Below are positions 7,578-12,290 of a stretch of 12,290 nucleotides of DNA, one piece after another (the first letter of the stretch is position 1; each line of letters starts with the position of its first letter). The notes under the pieces were generated by a model. It was not told the DNA's origin, ran no database searches, and saw nothing but the letters and a program-made list of their open reading frames with translations. Origin of the DNA: Octopus sinensis (lineage: Eukaryota); NCBI RefSeq assembly GCF_006345805.1, contig NW_021826664.1, positions 1 to 12,290 of the forward strand. Direction: 5' to 3'. Both the position numbers and the translations under genes were made by a program.

Positions 7578-8957
7578 TATATTCTTTTCCTGTGTGGAAA
7601 CACCACTCCCTCTTTTACCATATATATATATATATATATATATATACATTTCAAATATAGAAATTAGTTGTGCAAGCAGCGATACTCCGAGTAGCTGCAG
7701 AGTGTAAACTCCGCACTACAATACACACGTTCGCTCACATGCATATGTTACAATATTTATATCTACGTATGTTGCTGTGTATATATATATATGTGTGTGC
7801 ATGTGAAAGCATACGGAGGAAGGGAGGGAACGGAAGGTAGAGACAGTCGAACAAAATGACAGACAAACAGACAAGAATCCGTTTACAGATTCTTGCAAAA
7901 ATTATTTCGTTCATATTTGAATTCTTCGGAATTTTTTAAGAATAGTTTGGGGGTTAGCATCAGTCATAAAGAAACAGTCATAAAAAAAAGAAAAAAGAGA
8001 AACTGGAGACTTATAAAAAGTATGAAATAATATGTGAAAGCATGGCGGTTAGATTGCATACTTATATAAAGATCAAGTTTGATGGTAAAAAGAACGGCTA
8101 TGAAATGTTTTAGTATTTTGAAAATAAGTCCGTTAAACTCTATATATCACAAAAAGTAAATAATGCAGAGGCTAGTTAATTACTCGAATTTAAACAATGA
8201 GAGTTTTGCTAACTTGAGAAAATTCTAGAAGTAATGGGGGATATTATTAAATTTATGATGTCTACGGCGAGGGAATTGGAGTAAGAAGAAATAACGAAAA
8301 AAAACACAGAAAAGTATGTTAGTTGTTGAATATGGACGAAAAACTGAATAGTTTACGATGTAATTATTTGTGATGTGGAAGAGAATAGTTAAATGTATGC
8401 ATAAATGTATGCGTTCCATTGAAAATGTATTCTAAATAACGAACACTGAACAAACGCTTGTATTAAAAGTAATTGGCATATACATAGACCGGTAATGTAT
8501 TTAGATTGAGAAGTATGGAACGAGGCAAATATTATTTAGAATTGGGTTCGTCGAAAATGCAAAAGAAAGAATAATTTTTAGACATGCAAAAACTTACAAA
8601 GCAAAAAGAGAATGTTCATGTTTGCGCGCGCTTGAGTGTGTGTGTGCGCGCGCGTTTGAGTGTGTGTGTGAGTGTAAGCCATGATTTTTACATAAATGCA
8701 AATATTCGAGATAAATGTATACACCACACATAAACACACATGCGCATGTATATTTATACAAAAACACAAGCATACATACACGCATATATACAGACATCTC
8801 TACATATATGATGTGAGTTCGTGTCCCCCCTGGGCAGCGTTCGACTTTTCTATCCGTAAAGGATTTTTCAACCCAATATTTACATGATATTATTTATAGC
8901 TTTATATGATGTGCTTCGAGAGCCATTGTTCCTCCCACAAAATTATTATGCATGGAA

Positions 8958-9339
8958 TGGAAGCACTCCGTCGGTTACGACGACGAGGGTTCTGGTTGAT
9001 CCGATCAACGGAACAGCCTGCACGTGAAATTAACGTGCAAGTGGCTGAGCACTCCACACACACGTGTACCCTTAACGTAGTTCTCGGGGATATTCAGCGT
9101 GACACAGAGAGTGACAAGGCCGGCCCTTTGAAATACAGGTACAACAGAAACAGGAAGTAAGAGTGAGAGAAAGTTGTGGTGAAAGAGTACAGCAGGATCA
9201 CCACTATCCCCTGCCGGAGCCTCGTGGAGCTTTAGGTGTTTTCGCTCAATAAACACTCACAACGCCCGGTCTGGGAATCGAAACCGCGATCCTATGACCG
9301 CGAGTCCGCTGCCCTAACCACTGGGCCATTGCGCCTCCA
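8958..9339 (-). mobile_element. tRNA-derived SINE, family A, tail type 1, most complete copy
   Basis: The reverse complement starts tggaggcgcaatggcccagtggttagggcagcgg and aligns end to end with 3049-3388. It retains 45 bp (8977-9021) missing from that copy and ends in ttccattcca. Confidence 0.92.
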
Positions 9340-9573
9340 CATTGAAGGTCATACACTTTATTTAAAAAGTAAAGCTAAAAAACTAAAAAGCTAAAAATCG
9401 TGTAAGTTCATTGTAGTTGCACACAAATAATGTTGCTTTTGATTATGATCGTAACCTCTGACAATGCTTAGTATGCGCTTATAAACATCTTTGTATTTTT
9501 TCTTGGTTGGGCTTTCTCTTCTTGCTTTTTCGTGTACCTTCTTTTCAGAAAGAGATTCTTCTCTTCTCAAGAC

Positions 9574-9982
9574 ATTCTTTTATTCGTTTCAGTCATTTGA
9601 CTGCGGCCATGCTGGAGCACCGCCTTTTTAGTCGAGCAAATCGACCCCGGGACTTATTCTTTGTAAGCCTAGTAATTATTCTATCGGTCTCTTTTTGCCG
9701 AACCGCTAAGTTATGGGGACGTAAACACACCAGCATCGGTTGTCAAATGATGTTGGGGGGGAACAAACACAGACACACAAGCACACACACATATATATAT
9801 ATATACATATACATATATACGACGGGCTTCTTTCAGTTTCCGTCTACCAAATCCACTCACAAGACTTTGGTCGGCCCGAGGCTATAGTAGAAGACACTTG
9901 CCCAAGTTGCCACGCAGTGGGACTGAACATGGAACCATGTGGTTGATAAGCAAGCTACTTACCACACAGCCACTCCTACGCC
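9574..9982 (-). mobile_element. tRNA-derived SINE, family B, full length
   Basis: The reverse complement begins ggcgtaggagtggctgtgtggtaagtagc (A-box-like TGGCTGTGTGG) and aligns with 10411-10830. Internal CA/TA tract at ~9765-9818; tail aataaaagaat. Confidence 0.92.
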
Positions 9983-10410
9983 TTATGTTTATAAAAGATT
10001 TTACAAACCATTATATATAACAGATAGAAAAAAATGGCTGTGTGCATAATATACGTTTGTGCGCAGTAAATGCGCGTTATTATGCATTAAAAAAGTAATT
10101 AACGAATTCATATATCTTTTTTCAATACCTCTATGCGAATTACTTTATGCCAGGTGTGTTTGAAAAGCTGAACATGGAGGAAAACGCTTACACAGAAACT
10201 TACTTCTGTCAGATCTGTGTTAATCTTGTTTTTAAAACGATTTTTTACGTTTAATTAATAAATTTCCACTTTAGAAACGCTTTAGATACACAGAAACGCG
10301 CAATCGCACACACACTCACGCGTGTGCAAATACATACATACAAGCATGCAAATATATATGTATATATATGTGTATGTGCGTTTGTGTGTGTGTGTATATG
10401 AATATACATG

Positions 10411-10830
10411 GGCGTAGGAGTGGCTGTGTGATAAGTAGCTTGCTTACCAACCACATAGTTCCGAGTTCAGTCCCACTGCGTGCACCTTGAGCAAGTGTCT
10501 TCTACTATAGCCTCGGGCCGACCAAAGGCTTGTGCGTGGATTTGGTAGTCGGAAACTGAAAAGAAGCCCGTCGTATGTATGTATATATATAAGTGTGTGT
10601 GGTGTGTGTGTGTGTGTGTGTGTGTGTTTGTGTTTGTGCCCCCCCATCCCCACATCACATCGCTTGACTACCGATGCTGGTGTATTTACGTCCCCGTAAC
10701 TTGGCGGTTCGGCAAAATAGGCCGATAGAATAAGTACTAGGCTTACAAAGAATAAGTCCTGGCGTCGATTTGCTCGACTAAAGGCGGTGCTCCAGCATGG
10801 CCGCAGTCAAATGACTAAAATAAATAAAAT
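10411..10830 (+). mobile_element. tRNA-derived SINE, family B, full length
   Basis: ggcgtaggagtggctgtgtg..gagttcagtccc head, internal TA/TG tract at ~10573-10638, A-rich tail. Possible imperfect TSD aatatacat (10401-10409) / aatagtacat (10828-10837). Confidence 0.92.
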
Positions 10831-10845
10831 AGTACATATACGCTT

Positions 10846-10865
10846 ACACACACACACACACGTGC

Positions 10866-10925
<60 letters not shown>

Positions 10926-10969
10926 ATATATATATTATATATATAAACATATGTATACACATACATGTC

Positions 10970-11006
<37 letters not shown>

Positions 11007-11009
11007 GTG
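10846..11009. repeat. Compound (CA)n-(TA)n-(TG)n-(CG)n microsatellite
   Basis: Direct inspection; similar compound tracts at ~8620-8800 and ~10300-10410. Confidence 0.9.
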
Positions 11010-11449
11010 AAACTAAAGATGAATCTGAATTAGGAAGAAAGTTAAAAGTCACGATTAAAATTCATATTTAAAATGCATTCGTAGCTATGGATCAAGCGAT
11101 AAAGAAATACCTAATCGGATTAATCAGGCAAAATGGCTTTACACATCACCTACACAAAATAGATCGTGTTTCTTTTGTAACAACGCCAACCCATTTTACA
11201 AATAGTTCCATAACATGCTCACGAACACACGCACGCAGGAACACACATACACAATGAATATATTCTTTTGAAGAACAACATGTATGTGATCTTAGCAGCT
11301 CAAACACAGACTGAATATCCGCATACTTAACCTAATTAATCTCTATATTTCCTTCTCTTCGACCTAATTCCACTTGTACTTGCTATGACCTTAAAATGAA
11401 TTTCAATTTATTCATTCCTCTAATATGAAATTGCTATTCGTTTTCCATC

Positions 11450-11697
11450 AAGAAGGCTGGCTCTCAATCCGTGCACCATATACTGACGCAAAGAAATCTC
11501 CGCTGGACAAGCCACATTGCCAGTATTGGTGATGATAGATTCCCAAAGAAAGTTCCCCTTCTCTTTAATGGCTATCGAAATATTGGTAAACCTAAATTGA
11601 GATTCAAGAACACTGTCAAGTGGCCCTTAGAAGATCTAGCTATCAGGTATCAGGTAGACTCAGATCGCTCGATCTAGAGAAAATTGATTCACAAAGT
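11450..11697 (+). pseudogene. Decayed fragment of an RTE-clade non-LTR retrotransposon ORF (region C-terminal to the reverse transcriptase)
   Basis: Translates as KKAGSQSVHHILTQRNLRWTSHIASIGDDRFPKKV...GYRNIGKPKLRFKNTVK...SDRSI*RKLIHK. This fits the RTE C-terminal pattern LRWxGH..M.D.R.PK....G.R..G.P..R(W/Y/F)KD..K....DR..WR, with the final W replaced by a TAG stop and apparent small deletions. Confidence 0.85.
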
Positions 11698-11744
11698 CAC
11701 TCATAGCGACGACAAAATTATATATTCATATGTATTTTATAATC

Positions 11745-12043
11745 ATGGCCTAGTGGTTAGAGCAGCGGACTCGCGGTCGAGGGATCGCGGGTTCGAATCT
11801 CAGACCGGGCGATGTGTGTGTTTATGAGCGAAACACCTAAGCTCCACGTTGCTCCGGCTGAAGGTTAATGGCGAACTTCTGCTGACTCTTTCGCCACAAC
11901 TTTCTCTCACACTTTCCTCCTGCATCTTGCAGCTGACCTGCGACGGACCGACCTCCCGTCCAGGTGGGTAACCTATACGCCAAGGAAACCGGGAGACCGG
12001 CCCTATGAACCAAGCATGGCTCGAGAAGGAACAAACAACAAAC
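11745..12043 (+). mobile_element. tRNA-derived SINE, family A, tail type 3
   Basis: A box TGGCCTAGTGG and B box GGTTCGAATC. 11745-11922 aligns with 3058-3238 but is more diverged. 11923-12043 is a third unrelated tail ending in (AAC/AAAC)n. Possible TSD tataat(c/t)at at 11738-11746 and 12045-12053. Confidence 0.88.
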
Positions 12044-12290
12044 ATATAATTATAGCTACCTGTTACCTTTACTATTTAGTACGTTCCTTCAGCACAGACT
12101 TAAGCCCACTTCTTATATCTCTTACTTCTAAATTTGTAGGTATGTGAAAGACTTTATAAGCATGTATGTATGTGCACAAATATGAATGTTCGTGTTTGTC
12201 CATATATATATATATAACTTATAAACAAGGGCAAAAGAAAAATTATTTCTATGCCAATATGCTGATAACAGAATTTAAATCGTCATTTTC

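Noticed and set aside
8951-9348. Possible TSD catggaa/cattgaa around the minus-strand family A copy
   Set aside because: Short, mismatched and overlapping the element's own tail repeat.
10154-10254. Plus-strand AG followed by an open frame (VFEKLNMEENAYTETYFCQIC...), and a minus-strand GTAAGT at 10203-10198
   Set aside because: No matching strong donor or acceptor partner and no recognised protein; insufficient to call an exon.

Overview
AT-rich, microsatellite-saturated eukaryotic DNA, not prokaryotic. The tRNA-headed repeats match my recollection of octopus (coleoid cephalopod) SINEs; this is recall, not a search result. The window holds about ten SINE copies from three families. Family A has 4 copies sharing one head/body but carrying three unrelated 3' tails. 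Family B has 3 copies with a built-in (TA)n(TG)n tract. Family C has 3 loci, one internally duplicated. There are also two long fold-back (MITE-like) palindromes embedded in (TA)n, one of them nested. A short TA-flanked element carries a degenerate Penelope-type minimal hammerhead ribozyme. Other features are a decayed RTE-clade LINE C-terminal fragment, a CpG-rich 14-bp alternating purine/pyrimidine minisatellite and long (ATT)n tracts. Two candidate minus-strand exons (1736-1819, 1547-1623) splice into an open frame; if real, the repeats above 1819 may lie in an intron. Nearly all listed ORFs are translations of simple repeats or SINEs.
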